A stretch of 23,377 nucleotides of DNA from Seison nebaliae (GCA_023231475.1 JALJEE010000092.1:62001-85377); one strand, 5' to 3'. Positions 1 through 12,174 are shown, counted from the stretch's first letter. Made by a program: numbers and translations. The notes: generated by a model from the sequence alone, not told the origin.

Positions 1-2878
1 CCAACAAATATTCGTTCGAGCATAAATTCCTAATATTGACATTTTTACACCTAAAAAAATTCCATCTACAATTTCTTAATTTTGTTCTGTGAAAGAAAAT
101 TGGTGAGTAAATCAAAAACTATATATCTCGCCAACATTTTAAGAAAAAAGGACATCTGGACCAGTTTCTTCTTTGTTTTATGAGAGTGAAACTGATTCCT
201 TCATATCGGCGACTAACGATGGTACTTGTGTTTAGAATGTGAAGTGAATTCCATATTCACATATCATCACATGTCAAATTATCCAAATTTGTAATATATC
301 CGGTAATATTATGAGGTCTCACTTCCCATCAGTCACAACTCTACGAAGTGACTCCATTATCAATGAACGACATCGAATTCATTTCAAACCGAATCGGTAA
401 ACATATTTTTTAATATTCAGAGTTGGAATGACTCATCATTTAACGAGTAACGTAAACAACAGACATGTTATATAGATGTTTCCCCTCAAGAGGATGAGGA
501 GAATAAATTGAATTTAGGAAAGAATGTTCATCATATTCATCGGACGATATTCATGTCGATTTTCGTTGATTCATTACATTATCCATCGTCATCTAAAGAG
601 GTTAAGACAGAAAATGAAAACGAAAATATTTTTTGGACAATTGAAAAGTTATAAATTTTTCATATATTCTTAATTAACCATCAGAAATAACAAGACAAAC
701 AACAATCCAATGGAAATTGTAAGTCAAAATGTTTTTTCGTTTTATCCCGTATCTCTTTTGTCCTATAACAATTTCCATAATATTTAATTTCAATCAGAAC
801 GAGTCGTTTCGCCTCATCATCTTTTAAAAGGATAATGTTGCCGTTGTTATTGTTTTAGTGGATTATTATTATTATGATGACGACGATCTTCATTCTTCTT
901 TTATTCCTCTTCACTCTTACAGATTATTCAATATTTATTCAAAATTCTTATTCATATCACTTCTCCTTTTGGAGAAAAGAAGAATGGTTCTTCTTACTTT
1001 GGTTTTATTTAAATAAATCTCAAAAAAATTATTTTAAGTTATATCACAAATTCTCATTCCTCCTTCCATAAATAGTGGAAGAAATCTCAGTAGATGGCGA
1101 TATTAATCAGATATTTTCAAACGACTTTCCTACTTCCCAACCGTTCTTATTTTGTTGCGCAACTTATCATCGAATCAATTGTTTACATTGAACTACGTGT
1201 AACACTAAAACTCTCGTACTTTTTTCTTGTTCTTATCGAAATGAAGGAAGTTTAACAGGAAATAGAATGATCATTCCCTCCAACTCATTCTCCAACGAAT
1301 GTGTCGAGTATATCTTCTTTTCGAAAAAGAAATATAGGAAGTGCCAATAGATAACAATGGACCTTTTTTATGGTAAGAGAGTCAGATTGATGTTGTTGGA
1401 GTTGACAATAATAGATGAAATTGAAGAGGATATCTTATCAAAAATATTTCACACTTCACAAGAAGATCGATGAAATAAAGAAGAATGACCAATTCGTTTA
1501 CTATACGGGAAAATTGATCTTTTATCAGGATATCTCATTCCTTTTTTCATCTTCGGAATGGAAATCACTCGAATTTAGTACGGGAATTGAGTCTAGGATA
1601 AAATTTTTCAATTATAGTTAATTCAAATCCTTTTAATCTCTCCATTTGCTTCATCTTCTTGACCATATCCGAAAGAAATCGAGTTATTATTATCAAATAT
1701 TATGTAAAAATAAAAATTACCGTACGTCACATTTGCTTTTGTCACATAAAGTGACATTATAAAAATTAATCGATATTAGTATCAAAATATTTTATTTGAA
1801 CGTTATTATAATTAAGAAGTTTCTTTGATGGATAATTTTTTACTTTTAAAACATCGTTAAAAAGAATTTAAAAAATTATTGTTAGTTCATATGTAGATTT
1901 CAACACAGTAAAATAAAGACCATGAATATTAATAATGGAAACCGAGAACCAATTTTTGTTCACGATTTATTTATTTCCAATGATTATTTTTATTTCCGAC
2001 TTAACCACTAAATGATGTCTCTTGTAAAATTTGGTCCAACATAAGCCGAATGAATTTTTTTTCCAAGATAAGAAAAAAAAGTGAATACAACTACCAGGAG
2101 ATTATGTGTCCATCCTCGATCCATTCATTTATCCCATCATTTTATTAGTATCATGAGGAATTAGTGAAGAACAATGAACAAATTCTCTAAATGACTCATT
2201 AGTTTCCCACAATTTTCACTGTAGTAGTAGCCGTAATAATTTTTATCCCAATGTTTGTACACATGAATTTGATAAAGAAATAAAACACAACAGGACAGAA
2301 GATAAATATAGAGATAATTTAGTGAAACGAAGGAAGAATCGATGGACGTTAGAGAAATTTAAGGAAAAGGCATAGTCTCTCTCAATCAGCTGGTCGCAAT
2401 CATGTAGAATTAAGTGAGAAATTTCCATTCTCTTTTTTCCCCAATTCTTTCATCTTATTCGATGTGTATGATGACTCCATATTCGTATGTTCGATTTACT
2501 CGTAAATATGTCTCATATTATTATTTGTACAAAAAAAAATTCGATTAGTAATTTCTTTTTATTTACTTATTCTTCCTTCGGACTAACGGCAGATCCCATT
2601 TATTCGACGGTCATTTTTTCATTTACCTCAAAAAATACGCCAATCTATTTCTCTTTTTTAACTTTTCTCTTTTCTCTCTTTCTCCAGCCTCCTCCCTCCT
2701 CCCTGTTTACGAAATGTCTCACGGTTGTCTCACTGTCACATAGAGAGATGATATTTTGTCATTCGGACCGTTAAACGGATAGCTAGAGGAACAGATGACA
2801 TCATTGAGAAACAATAAAAAGTACGAAATAAATTAACGAAACGAATAAATTAGATTGAATGAAATGTTGAATGTACAC

Positions 2879-2908
2879 ACTCGCTCACTTACTCACTCAC
2901 TCACTCAC
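2879..2908. repeat. Imperfect (ACTC)n microsatellite
   Basis: actc gctc actt actc actc actc actc ac read directly. Confidence 0.85.
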
Positions 2909-3409
2909 ATTCTTTATGTGCAAAGAAGCGTATCTATTCAATTTGGTACGCGTTTTCGACTACTTTCTTTATCAATTCTCTCCCTTCCTTTTTTGTCTGT
3001 TTTACCGTCATTGATCAGCACATAGACACACACATAGATAATTATTAATTACATCAATCGCCTCATTTTTTTATAAAGTTTTTCTCGAAACATTTCTCAT
3101 AAATTGCCTATTGTTTTCCAATCATCAATTCGAGATGAGAAGTAATCTTAAACTTCTCAATTCTTATCTCAATTCAACATTTTATCTTTCACACCTTTTT
3201 CTCCAAAATATGAGTAAACTCTTCCCATTGTGGAGGTAGTCGATCGATTTAATGAATCGTCATCGTCTTCTCGAGTTAATTATTGGCGATTTCCCTTAAA
3301 CCAAATTAATGGAAAAAGTCATTTTTTTCAACGAATTAATAATAACTTGGAAACGAAAGAAAGAATCATTCTAATGGAATAATCGAAATAAAATTTGTCA
3401 TAATTTCAG

Positions 3410-3491
3410 GTCACTATCAGGATGCGAAGAAATTTTTTTCATTGAAAAAAAAAAACAAGTTCTAGTTGTTATTGTTGTTGTTTGTTTTTAA
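3410..3491 (+). other. Possible 82-nt non-coding (5'UTR) exon
   Basis: Flanked by acceptor taatttcAG (AG 3408-3409) and consensus donor GTAAGT (3492-3497). Its only ATG (3422) closes after a few codons. Could belong to the 6412 gene; unverified. Confidence 0.3.
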
Positions 3492-5325
3492 GTAAGTCTA
3501 TGAAGAAAAAAAAATGGAATGAAGTTCCTAAAAGGCAAATTTTTTCCTTTCGAGAGACTGCAGGTGAAATTTGGACTGTGGAAATTTCTCTCTTCGATTA
3601 AATTGTGTTCCATTTCAATCGATTCTTCGCTTCCACCAATGTCAGAAGAAGTTGTATATAAGGAAAAAGAAGAAATGAAAATTTGTTTGAATGAAGAACC
3701 TTGAGAATTATTGTAATTTAATTGAGGAAATCTAAAAATGTTATTCTCCCAATTTCAACAATTCCTCCTCTCCCTCCTTCGAATTATTTCTTCTTTATGA
3801 AGTTCTAATATACTTCTACAAATTGAAATGAATTGATCTTATTAACATTCTCTTGTAATTTATCTTAAATTACATCATAACAATCAATATTTTATCAATG
3901 ATTGATTTATGACATGTGTTGGATAATGACAGCGAAATTGAATTTGTCAAATTGACATTTTAAAAAGAAATTTCAATTTTAATGAATTTAAATTAGAAAT
4001 TGTTGGACGATTTAGGCGGAGATCAATTCTTAATCTGATGAAAAAAATGATAAAAGTATTAGGAAGGAATTATGTAAAATGAAATGTTGTTTGTATGTTG
4101 GGCGAAAGAGAAAAGTCATTTCTCATTATTGATTGAGAGAAATCAATTGTATCACAAAAATGAATTTTTATCCAGATAATGTTTCATGTGCATTTTACGG
4201 GGAGGTGGGAAGAGGAGGCGACAGAAGGAGTTTGACAAATTTGTCTGTCTAAATTGTTGAAATAATTTTATTAGAACATTTATTCAACTTTCCTTCTTCT
4301 TTTCGTCGATATATAACAAATGAATTAATTGGGAATGAGGCAAATAATTCATCGGGAAAATTTCATCGACGGAAATATGTTATGCTTATCTTTTTGAGTA
4401 TTCTTTCACCTCTTTTCCGGTGTGCCGCACGCGCTCACTCACTGATGGAAAAGGAGGTGAAAATAATTGAATGAGTTTTTTGATGGGAAAAGGAAAAGTT
4501 GATATTTTGTTTGGTGAAATAAAGACGGAAAAGGAAGAACGAAATAAAAATATTTAACTAATTATATTTCTCTTTTTTTTGTTGAGGTTTTCCTGAATGG
4601 AGAGTAGTGAGAGAAACATATTCAGAGTGAATTCTCTTATCGTGCATTTTTAACTTTTTCAGGATTTTATCGATTATTAATGGTTAATTCAGCTGATCGA
4701 ATATCGATCTAAATTGATAAATTTGGTCGGATGTTCCTTCCATTATCTATATAAATTTTATTATTTCTTTTTTACTCGATTTAAATACGATGAGAGAATT
4801 AAGTTTTTTCTGAAAAATAAACTTGGTAATTCTTCAGTTATTTTTATGAAACTTTCGTTCTTGCTAATATTTTGTATAAATTTTTTTCAAATGGAAAAAA
4901 GCCAACTGAGCGTTGACAAAATTTATGGTTTTTACCATTGTGTTAGGGAAGAATAAATTATAAATGACAGAAACGAATAATATTTTGTTTTGATTGTGAA
5001 TTTATGTTAATAATGAAGTTGAAATTCATTAAACTATATGAAATCGTTCATGTAAGAAGAACAAATGTACTAGAAAATGTTTTAATGAACTTTCTGTTTC
5101 AGTTGTGTCATGAATAGATGATGATTGATTTATTTAATTAGGAAACGATGTTGTTGTACTAGTATAATGTGTTAATTGTGAAATGAATTTGATTGGATTG
5201 TTCGCACATCTTCCTAATTTTATGATTGATGTGACGTTAATATTTTGTTGATGTAAAGAATAATTAGGTGTTGCATCATGTTCAATGAAGGAAGATTATT
5301 GCAACTATAACTGTCATGATTGTGT

Positions 5326-5427
5326 AGATGAGAAATCTTTTCGAGTTTTATGATTGGATTGAGAGAATTTGAGATGAGAAATCTTTTCGAGTTTTATGAT
5401 TGGAATGATAGAATTTGAGATGAGAAA
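5326..5427. repeat. 46-bp tandem duplication, about 2.2 copies
   Basis: agatgagaaatcttttcgagttttatgattgga(t/a)tga(g/t)agaatttg starts at 5326 and 5372 (2 mismatches), with a partial third copy at 5418. Confidence 0.95.
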
Positions 5428-5738
5428 CAATTAAATTTTCCTGGAATGAAGTAAGACGTTCGAAATTAAGATGATTTGGTACAAAGATGAAATTGAAGAA
5501 AGTTGAAAGTGAGAAATGGAATGAGAAAGTTAGTTGTTTGTGTGAGAGAATGAAATGGAGGAAGAAGTGGTGGTGGTGGGGAGGGAGGTATTGATCGAAT
5601 GATGTATGCACATTCAATTATGTTACGTACATGAATGAATTGGGGCAAATATCGAGTGATTGATCATTATAGAGTTGTATATCTTGAATTTAGCGTCTGT
5701 GGGTTGCTGTGAAGGTAATGCAAAGTAATAGTCAATTG

Positions 5739-5752
5739 GTTGCCATGACAAC
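5739..5752. promoter_or_regulatory. RFX-binding X-box
   Basis: GTTGCCATGACAAC fits the X-box consensus GTHNYY-AT-RRNAAC at all positions and is near-palindromic. An inverted CCAAT (ATTGG 5735-5739) abuts it. It lies about 660 bp upstream of the 6412 ATG. Confidence 0.6.
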
Positions 5753-5828
5753 GTTATTATTCATTTATTTACATTCTCCTGGGGTTGAAGTGTAGGAGAG
5801 AATTATTCGGAACAAATCATTTAGTACC

Positions 5829-5844
5829 AGTAGTAGTAGTAGTA
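5829..5844. repeat. (AGT)5 microsatellite
   Basis: agtagtagtagtagta read directly. Confidence 0.8.
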
Positions 5845-6411
5845 TAATAATAGTAGTTATTGTGTGATATTATGGGAATTAAACAGTGAGGAGAATTATT
5901 AATCGTCATTAAGTCGAAAACTCTCGATTGGTGTGCGAGGACGACGTGCTGGTAAGAGGAATTAGTGAAGGCTTAATGTGAAGAGGTTATTATTCAATAG
6001 TTCGATGCACTTTTTTTTTAGCGTAACTGTGTGTTATTATGTACTTATTCTTGTTCTTGTTTACTCGAAAATGTCGATGGGTGGTGAAAGTTGAATAATG
6101 AGTGTTAAGTCGCGTCGTTACATCATACGATACATCTGGTATTGTTGTTGATGTGATTGTTATGAAGAAGAATTTTGTAGGATAGGAATGATGAGGAGGA
6201 CAGGATAGATGTAACGGGAATGATAATGAAAATAATTAAAATTATTTCTCTCAAATAGACAATGATGAGTGTAATTGGAAGAATAGAGAAATGATTAATA
6301 AAAATATATTATATTGATGTGAATAAAAAGAATAATTAAAAGAGGAAATATAATGGAAATGTGACAACCAGCAGTTGTGATCATTACTTCCAATGATAAG
6401 ACAGCAAGCGA

Positions 6412-9400
6412 ATGATAAACATGAAGAAGAATAAAACAACGACGAAGGACAATGTCTATTCTTTGAGAGATTATCATCAATTTCAAAGATATCATTCTGA
6501 CAATAATTATAACGAATCAAATGTTAATTGTAGCACATCTTCCACCATCAACACTACTAACACCATCACCAACACCATCATCAACAACAAAAACAACATA
6601 AAAACTTTCTGTGATAATCAGAATAAGAATAGTTATAGTGGAAATAATATCAATCACACTTCATATCGAAATGATGGGAAGAGAATGAATGGCAATATTT
6701 TTTCGAAGAATGAGAAGAATAATCAATTAATCTATCGGTCGATGGAAATGCAGAATAATCATTCATCCGAAAAGAATTTTGAAAAATCTCCTCTTCCATC
6801 CGATGGTCCTTTACGAACACCAGAAGCCGTCTCTCAATTAGCATCGACACATTTCTATCATTCTCGATTTCGTGATAAATTGAATCTCTTACCGATAATT
6901 TCCTTTACCAAATCATCATTTTTAAGGAATTCTCTCAAATTAACCAATTCATTATCCACAACAACAACGAATTCGAGATCGGCCAAAATCCATGGTGATG
7001 ATCAACATGAGAAGGAGAAAGATGAAGAACGCACATATTCGTCATCGCAGAATGCTATCGAAATTCCCACAACTCTTTCTCTCTCCGTTTGTTCGTCGAA
7101 GACGAATGGACTAAGAAAGAATCAAACGAATATGAATAATACTCTCAATGTCATTCCACGTCTTCTCAAGCGTCGTCGTTGTAATTCGTCGTCGAGTGGT
7201 GCAATCGCTCGTCGAAATCGTTTCAATAGTTCAAACTTGAAATATGGTCGACATATTTCACCTACTCCACCTCCACCTCGACGTATAGCGGCCGAGATAC
7301 GAGGAAAATATTATTATGAAGATGAGAATGACAATATTGACGATGACAATGAAGTTCCCATCAATAATGATGATAATGATGATAATGATGATGATAATGA
7401 TGATGATGAAGAAGATGATGATGATGCATGTTCTGAGAATAGTATCTATAATGAATATAAGGAAACTGCAGGAAAATTTTCTACGAGCGATTCCATAGAT
7501 GGAATAAATCGTAATAAGAATAATATTGATGATTTTGAGATTGATGAGAATAAAGTCCGTAATTATCAATCGAAGATTGAGATGGACAATGATTTTCAGA
7601 TAAATATTATTTCTCCTCGATCGTTAGAATCATCAGCATCAGCCACCGTCATTCATAAACGAAATAAGAGTAAACGAGATTTGGTCAAACGATCCGTCTC
7701 CAATCATCAACGATCGAGACGTGGTCAATTGAATGATCATAAATCTCCATTACGTCGTCGGCGAATAAAGTCGGGTGAGGAATTGGTGAGACAATCATCA
7801 GCGTGGTACATCCCACGAATTTGTCGACAAAATGATTTGAATCAAACGAATATCCGATCCACCGTCACTTCGCCCTCCTCAACTACGTCCATCATTTCAC
7901 CGTCGTCTGCAATGACATCTCCAAAATCAACATCCATATCTATGACTCAATCTCTCATTACATCGAAGACGAATGAAGATATTTCTTCCAATCAATCACT
8001 CTCAATTCGTTTAGTGAAGAAACCACCGAATTATATTTCTCCAACCATCACAACCATCACCACCACCACCATTATCACTACAACTACTATCGGTACTCCT
8101 GTTACAGCAACCACAACCACAACGAATAGAACGATCCTTCTTCCAGAAAATGATGACGAGAAATGTAGAAATATCATTAACGTGACGAATAGAAATCGAG
8201 AAGGAAAATCGATAAAACTCTCAAACATTTCTTTCATTTATCATAATGCTACACCATCACCATTTTTTGATTTGAATAATAAAATTGAAATTCCAAATAA
8301 TAATGAAGTTAATTATGAACATTCTACAAATACCAATCTCGTCAACCAAATGGAGAGATCGAAAGAAAATTATGAAAGAAATAATATGGAAAATTTGGAG
8401 AATTTAACAAAGTCGAAAGTGAAAGAAAATCTGTCTAATTTAAAGGAAATTGAACATTTGAGAAGTGTGAAGAAATCGGAAAATTTGAGAGATTTAAATA
8501 TTTCACAAAAAATTTACGATGAAAATAAAGAGAATCTAACCGATTCATTTAATAGGAAACTTGATGAAAATGAAGTGAATGTGGAGAATGTTCAAATAGA
8601 ACCATCCAACGATGATGTAATTGATGCTTTTGACACAGATCAGATCTACAATTTACTTTATGGTCAGAAACCATCAGTTACGTCGTTGATGACGAAGGAA
8701 GATATTGTTAGTCAAACCAATTCTTCTCTTGTATTATCGTCTTCGTTATCATTATCAGCATCGACCACATCATCCTCCTGGTCCATCCATACACCTACAT
8801 TACTCATTGGAAAGAATCGAAGTTCTTCCAAAATTGATGAAAATAATGATAATAATCATCATAATAATAACGACGATGTAGCGGTAGCGAGTGCGTCAAT
8901 TTTTGATGAAAATATTGATAAAACATCTTTTCCTGTCGGTTCATCGTCACCTGTAATTAGTAGTCGGACGGATAATGATAGAGAAGAGACGTCATGTGAA
9001 AATGATGAAATTATTGAAAAGAATTCACAAATAAATGAGGACGACGATGATGATTATGATGAAGAAGAAGAAGATGATTGTCAATTACAATATGCAAAAT
9101 ATCAGCGACCACCAGAACATTCGGTTTTCATATCCGCCCCAATAACCATCAACATCAATTTGAATCATAAAATTCGAAATGAATCGAATTCATTACATTC
9201 CACTTATTATGATAATGAAGAAGAAGAAGAAGCAGAAGAAGAAGTAGATGAAAATGAGAATATTGAAGAGAAAAAGTTGAAAAGTTATTCTCAGCAAATG
9301 ATCGATGATCATCAATACCATCATCAATTGGAGGATGTGATCGAAGATGAAAATTCGACAATTTCCTCTCTTATCTCGTCGACGAATCCGAGACGAATGT

Positions 9401-12174
9401 CAACAAAAGAAGAATTAGTGTCTTTGAATGATGATAATGTAAGATCAACAATGAAGAATGAAATGATCTTGAACACTGACATGCGTCGAGAAAGAAATGG
9501 TGATAATGAATCAATTAAATCCGATTCTGGAATTCAAACGAATGAAAAAATTGAGGGTAATTGTGGCGAATTAGGAAAAGATAAACAATCATTCTTTTCT
9601 CCTGAAACTTCACAGAAACTTTCGTTGCGTGAAGAGGATGAAGAGAATGAATTATCATTCTCATTACAACATCGTGTCAATATCATGGAAACATCACCAC
9701 TACAACAATCACATCGAGACGAACAACTCATATTAACGACAGAAGAGACGATTAATTATGATGAGATTATTAACAAGAAGAAACTTAATAATCCTTTCCA
9801 TTTCTGTTATGTCGATGCCGTACCAAACGAGATCTTATCATTATCTCCAAATACTTCCAATTATCAATCTATATCGCCTTCCCAACCGGTTTCCACTCAA
9901 TCACATATATCATCATCTTTATCATCTTCTTATTCCAAGACTAATTCGCCAATAGTATCATCTCAATTGTCACCAAATATTCCATTTGTATCATATCAGT
10001 CGTCATCGAAAATTCTTCCAGTCTCATCACATTCACAAACTAATATTCCATTAATAACATCTCATTCATCGGAGAACGTGTCGTCAACAACATTTCACTT
10101 ACCATCACAGTTGCAACCATCGCAAACGACCAGTTCAATACCCTCGAAAAATGATAATAAATTTCAAACAAAAAATTCCTCCGAAATTTATGCGAGAGAA
10201 TTGAAGGAGAGATATCCGAATGAATTAAATCGAATTATTGATGATAAATCGAATTTCATTCTGAAGGGAACACCTTCACAATCCAAAAGTGAATATTTGA
10301 TCACTAGAATATCGTTGAATGACAAAAATCATGGAACATATCAAAATATGATGATGAATGATGATTATGATGACGGGAAACAGAAAGAAACGATTGTGAA
10401 AGAAGAAAATGGAACTTATTCGAATTCTCCTAAAAAACAGACGATAAGTAACGACGAAAGTAAAATACCAGCAGTTTCGATGAAACCTCCTACCGGTACC
10501 AAATTGGATCATATTCGAAGAATCTGTGTTCCCAAATTGTCGTATATTAATGCAACGCCTGATTATTTGACGTTGTCAGCTGATGATAATGGTTTGAAGG
10601 CTGTCCGATATCATACCATCGGTTCCAAAATCGGTAAGAGAACTAAACTCTCATCAAACAATTCTGTCTCTACTACATACTCCGTTCCGACGACTGTGGA
10701 TAAACCGAAGAATTTCGATCGGACAACATTGGCCACCACAAATAAATCGACGTCGATGAATAATCAATTATCAGATATCGGTAATTTTGATCGATATGAT
10801 AAATTGCGTGGAAGTGTATCTCTATTAATGCAGAAATATCAACATGCATCTTCTGCTTTGCATCTGAATGGTGATGGATCGGTAAAAAGTATACCAAATT
10901 CAAAATCGACTCATATAAAGAGACCTAACCAAATTCCTTCAACGGACAATTCGTCAGTGCCTTCAAAACATAACGGACATGTCATAAGTCCCAAATATCA
11001 AAATGTCAACAATCATTATTTTGGAGATAATACGAATTATTATAAAAATATCAATCATATGAATGAGAATAAGAATCCTGATTATGAACCAAACAATAAT
11101 AACAATACGAATAAGTATCATCATTATCAGAATTATCATCATAATAATATTGACGAGAATAATTATCATAAGATGAGTCAAGTAACATCGATGTATGTTG
11201 TGAAGAATAAATTGACAAATCCGTCAGATAATATAGGGAATAAATTCGAAAATGATGATAGACAATTTGCTTCGTTGCCTTATCGATCGAAAACTTCGAA
11301 GAGATTGAGAGAGGAGCAACAATTGAATAATTCTCATCAATTATCTGGAGATTCTTCGATTGATCATCATCATAACATGATTCATCAATCAAATCAGAAT
11401 CAGCATTATTATTTTCTTCATAGTAATGATGTGGAAGAGAAAAGTCAGTCGAATAATCGACACGCTAATCAATATATGGAAACGTCAATCGATGGAACTG
11501 ATAATAGTGATGAGAATGTTGAGAAGGAGATGAAGCAGAGATATATGAATATCTCTTCGACTTTCCTTCCTATATCATCATCTGATCATCAAGTTGCCGC
11601 AGCGAGTGACATCTCATCCATATCTCAATCTCTCGTTACTTGTAACACACATTTCGTCTCTTCAGATCAATCGTCTCAATGTTCAATCAAAGCTATCGCA
11701 GAAGCGGAAAAATGTCCATCGATAGAGAAGACACTTCCCCTAAATCACATCATCAGTTTAAAAGATCATCATTCAACTCAACCAATACATCAACAATCCA
11801 ACGGAATAGTTGGTAGAACGACAACGAAATTCGATGAAATTATTTATCGAAATCTCAACTATGTCGATTCGGTTCCTCGTAATCATTATACAAAAACTGC
11901 TCAATCCGCCGACCAACGTCGTCTACAAATTCGCAGTTCAGTCATTCCGAAACAGTCGAACGGTTCGTTAAAGATGTGGGTGAAACCGCCGAACCATTTC
12001 ACTGGTAATCGCACAATTGGCACATCATCATCTTCATGTTCGTCATCATCTTATTCTTCATCGACCACCACGTCACCTAATGAGATGAATATGGATAGAT
12101 CGCAATATCATATAAATCGAATGTCATCCCGTTGTTTTCATTATAATAGTTCATTAATTCCGTTAACTGATTGA
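6412..12174 (+). CDS. Large (1920 aa) single-exon, N/S/T/D/E-rich, probably intrinsically disordered protein of unknown function
   Basis: 5.76 kb stop-free frame in very AT-rich DNA, with an in-frame TAA just upstream (6397). Has D/N, D/E, T and S tracts and basic clusters (LKRRR, LRRRRIK). AATAAA follows at 12178 and 12635. No globular domain recognised. Confidence 0.88.
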   Translation: MINMKKNKTTTKDNVYSLRDYHQFQRYHSDNNYNESNVNCSTSSTINTTNTITNTIINNKNNIKTFCDNQNKNSYSGNNINHTSYRNDGKRMNGNIFSKNEKNNQLIYRSMEMQNNHSSEKNFEKSPLPSDGPLRTPEAVSQLASTHFYHSRFRDKLNLLPIISFTKSSFLRNSLKLTNSLSTTTTNSRSAKIHGDDQHEKEKDEERTYSSSQNAIEIPTTLSLSVCSSKTNGLRKNQTNMNNTLNVIPRLLKRRRCNSSSSGAIARRNRFNSSNLKYGRHISPTPPPPRRIAAEIRGKYYYEDENDNIDDDNEVPINNDDNDDNDDDNDDDEEDDDDACSENSIYNEYKETAGKFSTSDSIDGINRNKNNIDDFEIDENKVRNYQSKIEMDNDFQINIISPRSLESSASATVIHKRNKSKRDLVKRSVSNHQRSRRGQLNDHKSPLRRRRIKSGEELVRQSSAWYIPRICRQNDLNQTNIRSTVTSPSSTTSIISPSSAMTSPKSTSISMTQSLITSKTNEDISSNQSLSIRLVKKPPNYISPTITTITTTTIITTTTIGTPVTATTTTTNRTILLPENDDEKCRNIINVTNRNREGKSIKLSNISFIYHNATPSPFFDLNNKIEIPNNNEVNYEHSTNTNLVNQMERSKENYERNNMENLENLTKSKVKENLSNLKEIEHLRSVKKSENLRDLNISQKIYDENKENLTDSFNRKLDENEVNVENVQIEPSNDDVIDAFDTDQIYNLLYGQKPSVTSLMTKEDIVSQTNSSLVLSSSLSLSASTTSSSWSIHTPTLLIGKNRSSSKIDENNDNNHHNNNDDVAVASASIFDENIDKTSFPVGSSSPVISSRTDNDREETSCENDEIIEKNSQINEDDDDDYDEEEEDDCQLQYAKYQRPPEHSVFISAPITININLNHKIRNESNSLHSTYYDNEEEEEAEEEVDENENIEEKKLKSYSQQMIDDHQYHHQLEDVIEDENSTISSLISSTNPRRMSTKEELVSLNDDNVRSTMKNEMILNTDMRRERNGDNESIKSDSGIQTNEKIEGNCGELGKDKQSFFSPETSQKLSLREEDEENELSFSLQHRVNIMETSPLQQSHRDEQLILTTEETINYDEIINKKKLNNPFHFCYVDAVPNEILSLSPNTSNYQSISPSQPVSTQSHISSSLSSSYSKTNSPIVSSQLSPNIPFVSYQSSSKILPVSSHSQTNIPLITSHSSENVSSTTFHLPSQLQPSQTTSSIPSKNDNKFQTKNSSEIYARELKERYPNELNRIIDDKSNFILKGTPSQSKSEYLITRISLNDKNHGTYQNMMMNDDYDDGKQKETIVKEENGTYSNSPKKQTISNDESKIPAVSMKPPTGTKLDHIRRICVPKLSYINATPDYLTLSADDNGLKAVRYHTIGSKIGKRTKLSSNNSVSTTYSVPTTVDKPKNFDRTTLATTNKSTSMNNQLSDIGNFDRYDKLRGSVSLLMQKYQHASSALHLNGDGSVKSIPNSKSTHIKRPNQIPSTDNSSVPSKHNGHVISPKYQNVNNHYFGDNTNYYKNINHMNENKNPDYEPNNNNNTNKYHHYQNYHHNNIDENNYHKMSQVTSMYVVKNKLTNPSDNIGNKFENDDRQFASLPYRSKTSKRLREEQQLNNSHQLSGDSSIDHHHNMIHQSNQNQHYYFLHSNDVEEKSQSNNRHANQYMETSIDGTDNSDENVEKEMKQRYMNISSTFLPISSSDHQVAAASDISSISQSLVTCNTHFVSSDQSSQCSIKAIAEAEKCPSIEKTLPLNHIISLKDHHSTQPIHQQSNGIVGRTTTKFDEIIYRNLNYVDSVPRNHYTKTAQSADQRRLQIRSSVIPKQSNGSLKMWVKPPNHFTGNRTIGTSSSSCSSSSYSSSTTTSPNEMNMDRSQYHINRMSSRCFHYNSSLIPLTD

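Noticed and set aside
428..2802. AP-1 (ATGACTCAT at 428 and 2191), CRE-like TGACATCA near 2797, and the TGTCAC-n5-GTGACA inverted repeat at 1740-1756
   Set aside because: These short motifs are expected by chance in 23 kb and no TSS anchors them.
5326..5427. CRISPR-like repeat-spacer array
   Set aside because: The would-be spacers are near-identical, so it is a simple tandem repeat. The context is eukaryotic and no cas genes are present.
874..5648. 60-95 aa F/L/I/K-rich ORFs in the upstream region
   Set aside because: Their composition mirrors AT-rich non-coding DNA, several lack an ATG start, and none has a recognisable motif.
6251..11392. Short antisense and alternative-frame ORFs over the 1920-aa gene (poly-I, poly-M, poly-V, poly-L)
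   Set aside because: They are shadows of GAT/AAT/ACC/GAA triplet tracts in the main frame.
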